Shown here piece by piece: positions 13,957 through 25,214 of a DNA stretch of 64,000 nucleotides. The position numbers were made by a program, and so were the translations under genes. Every line of letters begins with the position of its first letter. The first letter of the stretch is position 1. This DNA is from Longimicrobiales bacterium (lineage in GTDB: Bacteria; Gemmatimonadota; Gemmatimonadetes; Longimicrobiales; Gaopeijiaceae). The stretch is taken from assembly GCA_965116905.1 (NCBI GenBank), contig OZ220732.1, positions 1,920,001-1,984,000 of the forward strand, written 5' to 3'. Below the pieces are notes generated by a model. That model was not told the origin of the DNA and did no database searches. It was given only the letters and a program-made list of their open reading frames with translations.

Positions 13957-14264
13957 TGCGGGAAGCCTACGACGTGATCGTCGCGCCGGTCGTCACCGAG
14001 AAGACCACCGGCCAGATGGAGTCCAGCCAGTACACCTTCGTCGTGAACGAGCGCTCCAACAAGCACGAGATCGCGCGGGCGGTGGAGTCCCTGTGGGACG
14101 TCAAGGTCACCGACGTGCGCACCATGCGGTATCCCGGCAAGGCCAAGCGGGCCCTCCTGGGACGGATGGTCAAGAACTGGGAGCTCGGCCGGCGGCCGTC
14201 GTACAAGAAGGCGGTGGTGCAGCTGGTCGAGGGTGATCAGATCGAATTCTACGAGATGGGTTGA
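13953..14264 (+). CDS. rplW: 50S ribosomal protein L23
   Basis: VIVAPVVTEKT, YKKAVVQL; between rplD and rplB. Confidence 0.96.
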   Translation: MMREAYDVIVAPVVTEKTTGQMESSQYTFVVNERSNKHEIARAVESLWDVKVTDVRTMRYPGKAKRALLGRMVKNWELGRRPSYKKAVVQLVEGDQIEFYEMG

Positions 14265-14267
14265 TCC

Positions 14268-15107
14268 ATGGCGCTGAAAAAATTCAGGCCCGTGACGCCG
14301 GGAACCCGGTTCCGTACGGTCACGGCCAAGGACGTGGTCACCCGCAAGGAGCCGGAGAAGTCCCTCACCGAGCCCCTGAAGAGGTCGGGCGGACGCAACC
14401 ACCACGGCCGGATCACGATCAGGCGCCGCGGCGGGGGCAACAAGCGCAGGTACCGCAAGGTGGACTTCAAGCGCAACAAGCACGGCGTCGCCGGCCGTAT
14501 CGCCGAGATCGAGTACGATCCGAACCGGTCCGCGTTCATCGCGCTGGTGCACTACGAGGACGGCGACAAGCGCTACATCCTGTATGTGCGGGGCATGGGC
14601 GTCGGGGACGCGGTCGTGTCCGGTCCCGATGTCGACATCCGGCCCGGCAACGCGCTGCCCCTTGAGCGGATTCCGCTCGGGACGACGGTGCACAATGTGG
14701 AGATGAAGCCGGGCAAGGGCGGGCAGATGGCGCGTTCCGCCGGGTCCGGGGTGCAGGTGGTGGCGAGAGAGGGCGACTACGTCACGCTCCGCCTGCCGTC
14801 GACGGAGGTCCGGCGCATCCACAAGCGGTGCCTGGCCACCGTGGGACGGGTCGGCAACGCGGATCACAGCCTTCGGTCGCTGGGCAAGGCCGGCGCCAGC
14901 CGCTGGCGGGGCCGGCGTCCCAAGGTTCGGGGGGTCGCCATGAATCCCGTGGACCATCCGCTGGGGGGTGGTGAGGGCAAGGCGTCCGGAGGGCGGCCGC
15001 CGGTCACCCCGTGGGGCAAGCCCGAGGGCAAGAAGACCCGCAAGAAGAGGAAGCAGTCGAACAAGTTCATCGTCCGTGGGCGCAAGCGCGGCAAGGCGAC
15101 GCGCTGA
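14268..15107 (+). CDS. rplB: 50S ribosomal protein L2
   Basis: [30 protein letters not shown]. Confidence 0.99.
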   Translation: MALKKFRPVTPGTRFRTVTAKDVVTRKEPEKSLTEPLKRSGGRNHHGRITIRRRGGGNKRRYRKVDFKRNKHGVAGRIAEIEYDPNRSAFIALVHYEDGDKRYILYVRGMGVGDAVVSGPDVDIRPGNALPLERIPLGTTVHNVEMKPGKGGQMARSAGSGVQVVAREGDYVTLRLPSTEVRRIHKRCLATVGRVGNADHSLRSLGKAGASRWRGRRPKVRGVAMNPVDHPLGGGEGKASGGRPPVTPWGKPEGKKTRKKRKQSNKFIVRGRKRGKATR

Positions 15108-15137
15108 CCATGGGCTGCACGAGGACCGGGTAGAGCC

Positions 15138-15422
15138 ATGCCGCGAAGCGTCAAGAAGGGCCCGTTCATCGACGAGAAGCTGCTGCGAAGGGTGGAGCAG
15201 ATGAACGCGCGCAACGAGAGGTCCGTGATTCGGACCTGGTCCCGCGCGTCCACGATCTCTCCCGACTTCGTGGGACACACCGTCGCGGTTCACAACGGCA
15301 ACAAGTTCATTCCGGTGTACGTCACCGAGAACATGGTCGGTCACAAGCTCGGCGAGTTCGCCCCGACGCGCCTCTTCCGGGGTCACGGCGGCAAGCTGGC
15401 CGACAAGCGGTCGAGGGTGTGA
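15138..15422 (+). CDS. rpsS: 30S ribosomal protein S19
   Basis: [21 protein letters not shown]. Confidence 0.99.
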   Translation: MPRSVKKGPFIDEKLLRRVEQMNARNERSVIRTWSRASTISPDFVGHTVAVHNGNKFIPVYVTENMVGHKLGEFAPTRLFRGHGGKLADKRSRV

Positions 15423-15426
15423 GGTC

Positions 15427-15780
15427 ATGGAGGCTCAAGCGATTGCCAGGGACATCAGAATGAGTCCTCGAAAGGTTCGCCTCGTCATCGATCAGATTCG
15501 GGGCCGGTCCGTCAGCGAGGCGACTTCGGTACTTCGCTTCTCGAAGAAGGCGGCAGCGCTCCCGGTGGAAAAGACCCTGCACTCCGCCGTGGCGAATGCG
15601 CGGGAGAAGGCGGATCGGGACGGGGATTCCCTGGATGTGGACGATCTCGTGGTGAGCCGCGCCTTCGTCGACCCGGGCCCCTCACTCAAGCGATGGAGGG
15701 CGGCAGCAATGGGACGGGCAACACCCAGGCGCCGCAGGACGAGCCACATCACGGTGGTCGTGACAGCGAAGGAGAACTAA
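15427..15780 (+). CDS. rplV: 50S ribosomal protein L22
   Basis: [25 protein letters not shown]. Confidence 0.98.
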   Translation: MEAQAIARDIRMSPRKVRLVIDQIRGRSVSEATSVLRFSKKAAALPVEKTLHSAVANAREKADRDGDSLDVDDLVVSRAFVDPGPSLKRWRAAAMGRATPRRRRTSHITVVVTAKEN

Positions 15781-15784
15781 GCGG

Positions 15785-16450
15785 ATGGGCCAGAAAACCC
15801 ACCCCCACGGATTCCGGCTCGGGATCGTCTCGGACTGGCGTTCCCACTGGTATGCCGAGCGGGACTTCCCCGCGCTCCTCAAGGAGGATCAGACGATTCG
15901 CGAGTACCTCCACCGGCGGCTTCATCACGCGGCCGTCGCGACGGTGGAGATCGCGCGCAAGCCGTCCAAGCTCGTCGTTACGGTGCACACGGCCCGGCCG
16001 GGCGTCGTGATCGGCAAGAGGGGGGCCGAGGTGGACAAGCTCCGGGACGAGCTGGCGGTGCTGACCAACAGCGAGGTCTCCGTGAACGTCGAGGAGATCA
16101 AGCGCCCCGAGCTCAACGCGCGCCTGGTCGCGGACAACGTGGCCCACCAGATCCGGCAGCGCATCTCCTTCCGGAGGGCGATGAAGCGGGCGGTCCAGTC
16201 GGCCATGCGGGCCGGTGCCGAAGGAATACGCATCCAGTGCGCCGGCAGGCTGGGCGGCGCCGAGATCGCACGCACCGAGGGCTACAACGAGGGTCGCGTG
16301 CCCCTGCATACGCTGCGCGCGGACATCGACTACTCGCACGTCGAGGCCCGCACCACGTACGGGACCGTCGGCGTGAAATGCTGGATCTTCAAGGGCGAGA
16401 TGGTCGAAGACCGCTTCGGCCGCACGTACTCGGCCGGACCGGGCGCCTAG
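15785..16450 (+). CDS. rpsC: 30S ribosomal protein S3
   Basis: [27 protein letters not shown]. Confidence 0.99.
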   Translation: MGQKTHPHGFRLGIVSDWRSHWYAERDFPALLKEDQTIREYLHRRLHHAAVATVEIARKPSKLVVTVHTARPGVVIGKRGAEVDKLRDELAVLTNSEVSVNVEEIKRPELNARLVADNVAHQIRQRISFRRAMKRAVQSAMRAGAEGIRIQCAGRLGGAEIARTEGYNEGRVPLHTLRADIDYSHVEARTTYGTVGVKCWIFKGEMVEDRFGRTYSAGPGA

Positions 16451-16472
16451 GAGACCGTGAGGAGATAGGGAT

Positions 16473-16889
16473 ATGCTGGCACCGAAGCGGGTAAAGCGCA
16501 GGAAGACCCACAAGGGCAAGATGCGCGGGAAGGCCTACCGGGGAAGCAGGGTTTCGTTCGGGGAATACGGCCTCCAGGCCCTCGAGGCGAGCTGGATCAC
16601 GAATCGCCAGATCGAGTCCGCCCGTGTGGCGATCACCAGGCACGTAAAGAGGGGCGGGAAGGTGTGGATCCGAATCTTCCCCGACAAGCCCATCACGAAG
16701 AAGCCGGCCGAGACGCGCATGGGGAAGGGGAAGGGGAACCCCGAGGAGTGGGTCGCCGTGGTCAAGCCGGGGCGAATCATGTTCGAACTGGAAGGCGTGC
16801 CCGCCGATGTGGCGCGCAGGGCGATGCAGCTGGCCTCCTTCAAGCTTCCGGTGAAGACCAGGTTCGTCGATCGGGAATCTCAATTCTAG
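16473..16889 (+). CDS. rplP: 50S ribosomal protein L16
   Basis: [19 protein letters not shown]. Confidence 0.99.
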   Translation: MLAPKRVKRRKTHKGKMRGKAYRGSRVSFGEYGLQALEASWITNRQIESARVAITRHVKRGGKVWIRIFPDKPITKKPAETRMGKGKGNPEEWVAVVKPGRIMFELEGVPADVARRAMQLASFKLPVKTRFVDRESQF

Positions 16890-16908
16890 GGCAAGGGAGC
16901 AAGGACAG

Positions 16909-17112
16909 GTGAAGGCAGAAGAGATTCGCGAGCTCGACGACGCCGAGCTGAACCATCGGTTGGGCGAGCTGAAGCTGGAGCAGTTCCGGCTCCGTTTCCG
17001 CAGCGCGATCATGCAGCTGGAAAACCCGAGCTTGCGGCGCGAGATCCGGCGGGACATCGCACGCATCAAGACGATTCTGCACGAGCGCCGCGCGGCGGCG
17101 GAGGCCGAATAG
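16909..17112 (+). CDS. rpmC: 50S ribosomal protein L29
   Basis: QLENP...[12 protein letters not shown]. Confidence 0.97.
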   Translation: MKAEEIRELDDAELNHRLGELKLEQFRLRFRSAIMQLENPSLRREIRRDIARIKTILHERRAAAEAE

Positions 17113-17114
17113 CG

Positions 17115-17381
17115 ATGAACGCGAACGACGAACGCAGCCGGCGCAAGGTGCGCACCGGGGTGGTGGTCAGCGACCGTGCCGAGAAGACCGTGACGGTCAT
17201 CGTGGAACGCCGCTTCGCCCACCCGCTTTACGGGAAACAGGTGAAGCGGACGAAGAAGTACCACGCACACGACGAAACCAACGAGTGCCGCGTCGGCGAC
17301 ACGGTCTCGATCATGGAAACGCGCCCGCTCTCGAAGACCAAGAGGTGGCGCGTGGTTGAACTTATCGAACGGCCCGCCTGA
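17115..17381 (+). CDS. rpsQ: 30S ribosomal protein S17
   Basis: [17 protein letters not shown]. Confidence 0.98.
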   Translation: MNANDERSRRKVRTGVVVSDRAEKTVTVIVERRFAHPLYGKQVKRTKKYHAHDETNECRVGDTVSIMETRPLSKTKRWRVVELIERPA

Positions 17382-17411
17382 CGCATGCGGGTATAGGACC
17401 GGAGTGATCCG

Positions 17412-17780
17412 ATGATCCAACAGGAATCGATGCTCAAGATCGCCGACAACACCGGTGCGAAGCGGGCGCTGTGCATCCGTGTCCTGGGCGGATCGGGGCG
17501 GCGCTATGCCCGGATAGGCGACAAGGTCATCGTGACGATCAAGGACGCGGTGCCCAACGCGCCGATCAAGAAGGGCGAGGTCATGGAGGCCGTCGTCGTG
17601 CGTACCGCCAAGGAAATGCGCAGACGCGACGGAAGCTACATCCGCTTCGACGACAACGCGGCGGTACTCATCAACGCCCAGCAGGAACCGCGCGGCACCC
17701 GGATCTTCGGGCCCGTCGGGCGCGAACTGCGGGAAAAGCGGTACATGCGGATCGTTTCCCTGGCACCGGAGGTGCTTTGA
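17412..17780 (+). CDS. rplN: 50S ribosomal protein L14
   Basis: [22 protein letters not shown]. Confidence 0.99.
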   Translation: MIQQESMLKIADNTGAKRALCIRVLGGSGRRYARIGDKVIVTIKDAVPNAPIKKGEVMEAVVVRTAKEMRRRDGSYIRFDDNAAVLINAQQEPRGTRIFGPVGRELREKRYMRIVSLAPEVL

Positions 17781-17782
17781 TC

Positions 17783-18112
17783 ATGGGCTGGACGAAGATC
17801 GTCAAGGGCGACCGGGTCAGGGTGATCCGGGGCAACCACCGCGACGCGGAGGGGACGGTGCTCCGTGTGATCCGCAAGACCCGCCAGGTCGTCGTGCAGG
17901 GCGTCAACATGCGGAAGCGGCACACGCGGCCGTCTCAGCAGAACCCGGAGGGGGGCATCATCACCTCCGAGGGACCGATCCACATCTCCAACGTGATGCT
18001 GATCGAACCTGCGACCGACGACGCCAGCCGCATCCGGATCCGCGTCGAACCCGATGGACTGAAGGAACGGATTGCCGTGAAGAGCGGAAACCCCGTGCCC
18101 AAGGGAGCCTGA
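17783..18112 (+). CDS. rplX: 50S ribosomal protein L24
   Basis: [13 protein letters not shown] motif, PIHISNVM. Confidence 0.97.
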   Translation: MGWTKIVKGDRVRVIRGNHRDAEGTVLRVIRKTRQVVVQGVNMRKRHTRPSQQNPEGGIITSEGPIHISNVMLIEPATDDASRIRIRVEPDGLKERIAVKSGNPVPKGA

Positions 18113-18146
18113 TCCGGCGGCACCGAATAGAGGATACGAGAGAAAG

Positions 18147-18719
18147 ATGGAACCACGGCTTTTGACTCACTACAAGGAGCTTGCCAGGCCGGCGCTGCAG
18201 GAGCAGTTCGGCTTTGCCAACCCGCACCAGATCCCACGGGTCGTGAAGGTGACCCTCAACGTCGGCGTCGGAGAGGCCAGCCGGGAACGCAAACTGGTGG
18301 ATTCCGTCGCCGGAGAACTGGCCGTGATCTCGGGACAGAAGGCCGTGATCACCCGCGCGCGCAAGTCGATCTCGAACTTCCAGCTCCGCGAGGGCATGCC
18401 GGTGGGCGCGTCGGTGACGCTGCGGCGTCGCGGAATGTGGGAATTCCTGGACCGCTTCGTCTCTGTCGCCGTGCCTCGCATCCGTGACTTCAGGGGTCTC
18501 AACACCCGGTCCTTCGACGGCCGCGGCAACTACACGGTCGGGATCAGGGAGCAGATCATCTTCCCCGAGGTGGACTACGACAAGGTCAACCGAATCCACG
18601 GCATGGACGTAACGGTCGTGACGTCGACCGACAAGGACGATCAGGCGTACGCGCTTCTGCGACAGCTTGGATTCCCCTTCCGGGGCGAAGTCCCCGTGAT
18701 CATCGGGGCCCAGGCCTGA
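18147..18719 (+). CDS. rplE: 50S ribosomal protein L5
   Basis: [23 protein letters not shown]. Confidence 0.99.
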   Translation: MEPRLLTHYKELARPALQEQFGFANPHQIPRVVKVTLNVGVGEASRERKLVDSVAGELAVISGQKAVITRARKSISNFQLREGMPVGASVTLRRRGMWEFLDRFVSVAVPRIRDFRGLNTRSFDGRGNYTVGIREQIIFPEVDYDKVNRIHGMDVTVVTSTDKDDQAYALLRQLGFPFRGEVPVIIGAQA

Positions 18720-18742
18720 ACCGAGGAGATACAGAACCAGCC

Positions 18743-19135
18743 ATGATGACCGATCCCATCGCAGACATGCTCACCCGAATCCGGAACGCCGGGAGGGCCG
18801 GGCACCGTTGGGCCGATGTGCCGCTGTCCAAGCTCAAGGTGGAGGTGGCGCGGCTCCTGAAGGAGAACGCTTTCGTCCACGACTTCAAGGTCCTGAACGA
18901 CGGCCGGCACGGTCTCGTTCGCGTCTATCTCAAATACTACGAGGGCGAACCCGTCATCCGGCGCATCGCCCGCGTATCCAGACCGGGCCGGCGGCGCTAC
19001 GTGGGCGTCGCCGACATCCCGCGAGTCCGCAACGGACTGGGAATGGCCATGCTGTCCACGTCCCGGGGCCTGCTCTCCGACCGTGCCGCCCGCGAGGCCG
19101 GCGTGGGTGGCGAGCTTCTCGCAGTGGTCTGGTAG
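18743..19135 (+). CDS. rpsH: 30S ribosomal protein S8
   Basis: [31 protein letters not shown]. Confidence 0.99.
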   Translation: MMTDPIADMLTRIRNAGRAGHRWADVPLSKLKVEVARLLKENAFVHDFKVLNDGRHGLVRVYLKYYEGEPVIRRIARVSRPGRRRYVGVADIPRVRNGLGMAMLSTSRGLLSDRAAREAGVGGELLAVVW

Positions 19136-19143
19136 GAGGTTCG

Positions 19144-19692
19144 ATGTCAAGAATTGGCAAGCAGCCGGTTACGATCCCCAACGGCGTGACGGTCACCCTG
19201 GACGGACAGCAGGTGGCCGCCAAAGGCCCCAATGGGGAGCTGAAGCTGCAGGTGCGTGCCCCGATCCGCGTGGGTTGGGATGGGCAGGAGGGCAAGACGC
19301 TGGTGGTCACGCGCCCCGACGACCAGAAGGAGAACCGGGCGCTGCACGGCCTGACCCGCTCTCTCGTGGCGAACATCGTGGAAGGCGTCAGCCAGGGATT
19401 CAGCAAGACCCTCGAGATCGTGGGCGTGGGCTATCGGGTACAGCCCCAGGGCAAGGGGCTTCGCCTGAGCCTCGGATTCTCGCATCCGATCGACTTTCCG
19501 GCACCGGAAGGGATCAGCTTCGAGACGCCGAACCAGACGACGATCGTGGTGAAGGGCCCGGACAAGCAGCAGGTTGGCCACACGGCCGCCGTAATTCGGG
19601 CCTTTCGTCCGCCGGAGCCATACAAGGGCAAGGGCGTGAGGTACAAGGACGAACACGTCCGGCGCAAGGCCGGCAAGACGGCCGGAGCATGA
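19144..19692 (+). CDS. rplF: 50S ribosomal protein L6
   Basis: [21 protein letters not shown]. Confidence 0.99.
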   Translation: MSRIGKQPVTIPNGVTVTLDGQQVAAKGPNGELKLQVRAPIRVGWDGQEGKTLVVTRPDDQKENRALHGLTRSLVANIVEGVSQGFSKTLEIVGVGYRVQPQGKGLRLSLGFSHPIDFPAPEGISFETPNQTTIVVKGPDKQQVGHTAAVIRAFRPPEPYKGKGVRYKDEHVRRKAGKTAGA

Positions 19693-20081
19693 CGATGATC
19701 AAGCCGAGCAAGTTGAGGAAGAGCCGCCGACTGCAGCGCGAGCGGCGGCACGCGCGCATCCGGAAACGCGTGCACGGTACCGGGAATCGGCCGCGGCTGG
19801 CCGTGCACCGGTCGATTCGCAACATCCAGGGCCAGCTGATCGACGACGACTCGGGCCGGACCCTGATGGGTCTGTCCACGCTGGCTCCCGAACTGAAGGA
19901 TGCGGCCCCCGGCGAGGGGAATCGCAAGGTCGAGGCAGCGCGGGCGGCGGGCAGGCTGCTCGCCGAGAGGGCGCGCGAGCAGGGACACACCAGCGTCGTG
20001 TTCGACCGGGGCGGCTTCCGGTATCACGGCCGCGTACGGGCGTTCGCGGAAGGCGCGCGCGCAGGAGGTCTGTCGTTCTGA
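19689..20081 (+). CDS. rplR: 50S ribosomal protein L18
   Basis: [23 protein letters not shown]. Confidence 0.98.
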   Translation: MTMIKPSKLRKSRRLQRERRHARIRKRVHGTGNRPRLAVHRSIRNIQGQLIDDDSGRTLMGLSTLAPELKDAAPGEGNRKVEAARAAGRLLAERAREQGHTSVVFDRGGFRYHGRVRAFAEGARAGGLSF

Positions 20082-20602
20082 TGGCCAGAGACAAGCGTCC
20101 ACCCCGTGAAGGGGCAGAGCAGGTCGAGAACCTGATCCATATCAACCGCGTGGCAAAGGTCGTGAAGGGGGGGCGCCGCTTCTCCTTTACCGCGCTGGTC
20201 GCGGTAGGCAACCAGGCCGGTCGCGTGGGGATCGCGCACGCCAAGGCCAACGAGGTCGCGGAGGCCATCCGCAAGGCGTTCGAACAGGCCCGCCGATCCA
20301 TGATCGACGTGCCGGTCGCGCACGGAACCATCCCGCACGAGATCATCGGACGCTGGGGAGCGGGCCGGGTGCTGATGCGTCCCGCGGCCCCGGGGACCGG
20401 AGTGATCGCCGGCGGTCCGGTGCGCGCCGTGCTCGAGGCGGCGGGCATTACCGACGTGCTGACCAAGAGCCTGGGCACAAACAACCCGATCAATGTCGTG
20501 CGCGCCACGGTCGACGGGCTGGAAAACCTGGTTACCGCGTACGATGTCGCTGCCGAGCGGGGTATTTCGGTTGAAGAACTTGGAGTGCTGAATCGTGGCT
20601 AG
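20081..20602 (+). CDS. rpsE: 30S ribosomal protein S5
   Basis: [24 protein letters not shown]. Confidence 0.99.
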   Translation: MARDKRPPREGAEQVENLIHINRVAKVVKGGRRFSFTALVAVGNQAGRVGIAHAKANEVAEAIRKAFEQARRSMIDVPVAHGTIPHEIIGRWGAGRVLMRPAAPGTGVIAGGPVRAVLEAAGITDVLTKSLGTNNPINVVRATVDGLENLVTAYDVAAERGISVEELGVLNRG

Positions 20603-20780
20603 ACGTATTAGGATCACTCAGGTGCGCAGCGCCGTAGGGCGTCAGAAGGTGCAGCGACGCACCCTTCAGGCGCTCGGAATCCGGCGGCACCAGCAGGCGG
20701 TGGTCCACGACGACACGCCTGCGATCCGCGGAATGATCGCGAAAGTGGATTACCTGGTAGAGGTCACGGAGGTGGATTGA
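20595..20780 (+). CDS. rpmD: 50S ribosomal protein L30
   Basis: [22 protein letters not shown]. Confidence 0.97.
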   Translation: MARRIRITQVRSAVGRQKVQRRTLQALGIRRHQQAVVHDDTPAIRGMIAKVDYLVEVTEVD

Positions 20781-20783
20781 CCG

Positions 20784-21293
20784 ATGATCGAGCTTCACAA
20801 TCTGCGGTCCCCCAAGGGCTCCCGCCGGTCGCGCAAGCGCGTGGGGCGCGGACCCGGCTCAGGCAAGGGCAAGAGGTCGGGCAGGGGAGACAAGGGACAG
20901 AACGCGCGCTCGGGCGGCGGCGTGCCGGCCTGGTTCGAAGGTGGCCAGATGCCCCTTCAGCGCCGGATCCCGAAGCGGGGGTTCAAGAACCGCAACCGAA
21001 TCGAATACCAGGTCGTCAACGTAGGTGATCTGCACGTCGCGAGTGGCGACGCAACGCTCGAGGGGCTCAGGGCGGTGGGGCTGGTCCGATCTCTTCGCCG
21101 TCCGGTGAAGATTCTCGGGCACGGCGAAATCGCCGTGGCGGTCGACTGCTCGGCCCACGCCGTGTCCGCCAGCGCGCGCAGGAAGATCGAAGCCGCCGGC
21201 GGCTCGGTGGCGATCATCCCGCTGCGCGGTGGGGAAGATCACGGGGAAGACCGCGGGGAAGATCACGGGGACGATCCCGGGGAAGATCAATAG
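20784..21293 (+). CDS. rplO: 50S ribosomal protein L15 with acidic repeat tail
   Basis: [29 protein letters not shown]. Confidence 0.98.
   Translation: MIELHNLRSPKGSRRSRKRVGRGPGSGKGKRSGRGDKGQNARSGGGVPAWFEGGQMPLQRRIPKRGFKNRNRIEYQVVNVGDLHVASGDATLEGLRAVGLVRSLRRPVKILGHGEIAVAVDCSAHAVSASARRKIEAAGGSVAIIPLRGGEDHGEDRGEDHGDDPGEDQ
21231..21290 (+). repeat. 5 x 12-bp tandem repeat encoding [20 protein letters not shown]
   Basis: ggggaagatcac/ggggaagaccgc/ggggaagatcac/ggggacgatccc/ggggaagatcaa directly before the rplO stop. Confidence 0.9.
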
Positions 21294-21329
21294 TGCGTCC
21301 GGCGGCGGACAGGGGAAGGGGCCCCGACA

Positions 21330-22643
21330 ATGGCTAATCCGATTCCGAATCTCTTCCGTGCCCCGGAGCTGAAGAAGAAGATCCTCTTCACGCTCCTGAT
21401 CATGCTGGTGTATCGGATCGGTTCGCACATCACGGTGCCCGGCGTCGACGTCGGCGCGCTCCAGGCGCTCTCCGGCCAGTTTTCCGGCACCTTCCTCGGC
21501 GTGTACGACATGTTCGTCGGGGGGGGCCTGAGCCGGGCCACGATCTTCGCGCTGGGGATCATGCCCTACATCTCGGCGAGCATCATGTTCCAGCTGCTCG
21601 CCGCGGTCTTCCCGACCGTCGAGAAACTGCAGAAAGAGGGAGAACAGGGGCGGAAGAAGCTGACACAGTGGACCCGCTACACCACGGTCCTGCTCTGTCT
21701 CATTCAGTCCTACGCCTACGCCTCCTTCCTGCAGAGCCTGGGCGAGGCGGTTCGCGTGCCCGGCATGGGCTTCGCCTTTTCGACGGTGATCACCCTTACC
21801 GTCGGCGGCATCTTCATCATGTGGATGGGTGAGCAGATCACGGAGAGGGGCATCGGCAACGGGATGTCGCTGATGATCTTCTTCTCGATCATTCAGGGCT
21901 TCCCCCAGGCCATCGTGCGCACGTGGGAATCGCTGATGATCGGCGAGATCGGCCTGTTCGAAATCGTGGCGCTGCTCGCGGTGGTCGTGGGCATTACGGC
22001 GGGCGTCGTGGCGATGACCATGGCGGCTCGAAAAATACCCGTGCAGATACCCCGCAAGGTCGTCGGCCGCGGACGCATCCGCGAGGGACAGAAGAGCTTC
22101 GTTCCCCTGCGCATCAACTCGGCCGGGGTGATGCCCATCATCTTCGCCCAGTCCTTCATCGTCGTTCCCGGCACGCTCGCCGCCTTCAGCTCGGTTCCGT
22201 TCATTGCGGACCTGGCGGACATCTTCCAACCCGGAAACTGGGCGTACTACCTCACGTACGCCGCGCTGATCGTCTTCTTCACCTACTTCTACACGGCCAT
22301 CATCTTCAATCCGGTCGATCTGGCCGAGAACCTCAAGAAGCAGGGCGCCTTCATCCCGGGAGTGAAACCGGGCACGCGGACGGCCGAGTACATCGACCGG
22401 ATCCTCACCCGGGTCACCCTGCCGGGCTCGGTCTACCTGGCACTGATCGCACTGGTCCCGTTCTGGATTTTCGACATCTTCGCGATCCAGAACTTCTTCT
22501 TCGGCGGCACCAGCCTGCTCATCGTCGTGGGCGTGGGCCTCGACACCGTCCAGCAGGCGCAACAGCATCTGTTGCTCCGGCACTACGACGGCTTCATGAA
22601 GAAGGGTCGCGTCAAGATGCGCGGCCGCCAGCGCTACGTGTAG
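21330..22643 (+). CDS. secY: preprotein translocase subunit SecY
   Basis: FALGIMPYISASI, GIGNGMSL, FIPGVKPG, GGTSLLIVVGV. Confidence 0.99.
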   Translation: MANPIPNLFRAPELKKKILFTLLIMLVYRIGSHITVPGVDVGALQALSGQFSGTFLGVYDMFVGGGLSRATIFALGIMPYISASIMFQLLAAVFPTVEKLQKEGEQGRKKLTQWTRYTTVLLCLIQSYAYASFLQSLGEAVRVPGMGFAFSTVITLTVGGIFIMWMGEQITERGIGNGMSLMIFFSIIQGFPQAIVRTWESLMIGEIGLFEIVALLAVVVGITAGVVAMTMAARKIPVQIPRKVVGRGRIREGQKSFVPLRINSAGVMPIIFAQSFIVVPGTLAAFSSVPFIADLADIFQPGNWAYYLTYAALIVFFTYFYTAIIFNPVDLAENLKKQGAFIPGVKPGTRTAEYIDRILTRVTLPGSVYLALIALVPFWIFDIFAIQNFFFGGTSLLIVVGVGLDTVQQAQQHLLLRHYDGFMKKGRVKMRGRQRYV

Positions 22644-22656
22644 CCGTCCCATCCCC

Positions 22657-23349
22657 ATGAGCGGAGCGCAATCCCCTGGCCGGGTCATCGTCCTCCTTGG
22701 TTCGCCGGGAGTCGGCAAGGGTACCCAGGGGATCCGCCTTGGCCGGACCACGGGCTGGGCTCACGTGTCGACGGGCGACCTGTTGCGCGCGGCGCTGAAG
22801 GCCGGCACAACGCTGGGCCTCGAGGCGCGAAGGTTCATGGACGCCGGTGAACTCGTGCCCGACAAGGTGATGGTGGACCTGGTGCGCGAGCACCTGGTGG
22901 CGCTGGGTTCCGACAGGGGCGTCGTTTTCGACGGGTTCCCGCGAACGGTTCCGCAGGCGGAGGCGCTGGCGGCCGTTCTCTCGGAGGAAGGGCGCAGCGT
23001 CAACCAGGTCGTGCTTCTGGATGCCGACGAGGAAGTGCTGGTGAAGCGCATCTCGGGGCGCCGGTCCTCTCCGAGCGGGCGGGTGTACAACGTTCACTTC
23101 GACCCCCCCCGCCGGGCGGGCTTTTGCGACGACACCGGCGAACCCCTGATCCACCGTGCCGACGATCAGCCCGAGACGGTGCGCACGCGCCTTGCGGTCT
23201 ATCGCGAGGCCACCGCCCCGCTCGTGGGTTACTACGAAGCGAGGGGCGTGCTCGTGCGCGTCGATGGGGAAGGGGACATCGCGCATGTGCAGACCGCGCT
23301 GCTGGATGCGGTGGGTGTCGCGCGCGGCTCCGGCGTAGCGGGCGATTGA
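22657..23349 (+). CDS. adk: adenylate kinase
   Basis: GSPGVGKGTQ, STGDLLR, DGFPRT. Confidence 0.97.
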   Translation: MSGAQSPGRVIVLLGSPGVGKGTQGIRLGRTTGWAHVSTGDLLRAALKAGTTLGLEARRFMDAGELVPDKVMVDLVREHLVALGSDRGVVFDGFPRTVPQAEALAAVLSEEGRSVNQVVLLDADEEVLVKRISGRRSSPSGRVYNVHFDPPRRAGFCDDTGEPLIHRADDQPETVRTRLAVYREATAPLVGYYEARGVLVRVDGEGDIAHVQTALLDAVGVARGSGVAGD

Positions 23350-24185
23350 TGGCCAGACGTTCGCGCAAGGCGATCCACCTGAAATCTCCCGAGGAAATCG
23401 AGGCGATTTCGGACTGCGGCGACATCATCTCCGGTCTCTTCGACGAGATCGAGCCGCTTGTGCGGCCCGGGGTCGCCACGGCGGCACTGGACCGCTTCGT
23501 GGAGGACTTCGTGCGCGCTCACGAGGGTGCGGTACCGGCGTTCAAGGGCCTGTACGGCTTCCCCGGCAGCGCCTGCATCTCCATCAACGAGGAGGTGGTG
23601 CACGGCATCCCGTCGAAGCGCACGCTGCGGGACGGCGATATCGTCTCGATCGACGTGGGTGTGAGACGGAAGGGCTGGTGCGCCGACTCGGCCTACACCT
23701 TTGCCGTGGGGGAAATCGGACCCGAGGCGGCCGACCTCGCGGCGGCGACGTACGCGTCCCTGGTGGCGGCGGTGGCCGCTGCCCGGCCCGGTGGACACGT
23801 CGGCGACATCGGCGCGGCCGTCGTCGACACGGTGAGCGAGAGCGGCTACAGGATCATCCGCGACCTCGTCGGTCATGGCGTGGGGCGCGACATTCACGAG
23901 GAGCCGCAGGTGTCGAACATCGGCCGCGCGGGTTACGGCGTGCCGCTCCGGCCGGGAATGGTGCTGGCCATCGAACCGATGCTCGCGATCGGGACCGACG
24001 AGATCACGACCCTCGGCGACAAGTGGACGGTCGCGACGCTCGACGGAACACTGTCGGCCCACTACGAACACACCGTGGCGATCACGGCCGAAGGCCCGCG
24101 CATTCTGACCGGCGGCGGCATCTGGGACAGAACCGGGGCTACCGGAGAGAAACGATCCGAGCTATCTTTAAAAGCTGTGCTTTGA
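23349..24185 (+). CDS. map: methionine aminopeptidase type I
   Basis: SINEEVVHGIPS, GHGVGRDIHEEP, AIEPM, SAHYEHT. Confidence 0.97.
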   Translation: MARRSRKAIHLKSPEEIEAISDCGDIISGLFDEIEPLVRPGVATAALDRFVEDFVRAHEGAVPAFKGLYGFPGSACISINEEVVHGIPSKRTLRDGDIVSIDVGVRRKGWCADSAYTFAVGEIGPEAADLAAATYASLVAAVAAARPGGHVGDIGAAVVDTVSESGYRIIRDLVGHGVGRDIHEEPQVSNIGRAGYGVPLRPGMVLAIEPMLAIGTDEITTLGDKWTVATLDGTLSAHYEHTVAITAEGPRILTGGGIWDRTGATGEKRSELSLKAVL

Positions 24186-24221
24186 ACAATTTGGCCCACG
24201 CCGACCAGGGAGCCCGTCAAC

Positions 24222-24338
24222 GTGAAGGTCCGCACCAGCGTAAAACCCATGTGTGAGTACTGCCGCGTCGTCCGCAGGAAGGGCGTCGTCCGCATCATCT
24301 GCAGCCGGAATCCCCGGCACAAGCAGCGCCAGGGCTGA
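24222..24338 (+). CDS. rpmJ: 50S ribosomal protein L36 (zinc-binding type)
   Basis: GTG start; [38 protein letters not shown] (below ORF-track cutoff). Confidence 0.97.
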   Translation: MKVRTSVKPMCEYCRVVRRKGVVRIICSRNPRHKQRQG

Positions 24339-24348
24339 GGACGGGACC

Positions 24349-24729
24349 ATGGCACGCATCGCAGGAGTCGATCTTCCCAGGGGCAAGCGGATCGAGGTCG
24401 CGCTCACGTACGTGTACGGCGTGGGGCGCACATCGTCGAGGCAGATCCTGGAGGCTACGGGCATCAATCCCGATCTTCGCACCCACGAGCTGACGGACCA
24501 GGATGCGAGTCGGCTGCGGCGCGAGATCGAGCAGCACTACAAGGTCGAGGGCGCGTTGCGCACCGAGGTGTCCATGAACATCAAGCGTCTCATGGACATC
24601 GGCTGCTACCGCGGCCTGCGGCATCGCCGGGGCCTGCCCGTGCGGGGACAGCGGACCCATACGAACGCGCGCACCAAGAAGGGGCCCAGGCGTGCCATCG
24701 CGGGCAAGAAGAAGGCTCCCAAGAAGTAG
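24349..24729 (+). CDS. rpsM: 30S ribosomal protein S13
   Basis: [27 protein letters not shown]. Confidence 0.99.
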   Translation: MARIAGVDLPRGKRIEVALTYVYGVGRTSSRQILEATGINPDLRTHELTDQDASRLRREIEQHYKVEGALRTEVSMNIKRLMDIGCYRGLRHRRGLPVRGQRTHTNARTKKGPRRAIAGKKKAPKK

Positions 24730-24799
24730 CCGGGTGCATCGGATAACCCTAACGAGCGGATTTTCAGGCGCGGGGTAGTGCCCCGCAGGAAGGTGCCGG

Positions 24800-25192
24800 T
24801 TGGCAAACCCCAGATCGACGCGGACAAAGAAATCGAAGAAGGTCGTCGCGGCCGAAGGCGTCGCGCATATCAAGGCGACGTTCAACAACACCATCATCAC
24901 GATCGCGGACCAGGCGGGGAACGTCCTGGTATGGGCGACGGCGGGTACGGCCGGCTTCAAGGGATCCAAGAAGTCCACGCCGTTCGCCGCTACCATGGCC
25001 GCCGAGCAGGCCGGCCGTGACGCCGTCGCGATGGGTGTCCGGCAGATCATCGTCCGGGTGCAGGGACCCGGGTCCGGGAGGGAATCCGCGATCCAGGCGC
25101 TCGCGGCCGCCGGGTTGACCATCGTCTCGATTCACGATGTGACGCCTCTGCCGCACAACGGCTGCAGGCCGCCGAAGAAACGCCGCGTCTGA
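24800..25192 (+). CDS. rpsK: 30S ribosomal protein S11
   Basis: [32 protein letters not shown] start. Confidence 0.98.
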   Translation: MANPRSTRTKKSKKVVAAEGVAHIKATFNNTIITIADQAGNVLVWATAGTAGFKGSKKSTPFAATMAAEQAGRDAVAMGVRQIIVRVQGPGSGRESAIQALAAAGLTIVSIHDVTPLPHNGCRPPKKRRV

Positions 25193-25214
25193 CCGAAGAA
25201 GAGACTCCACGATT

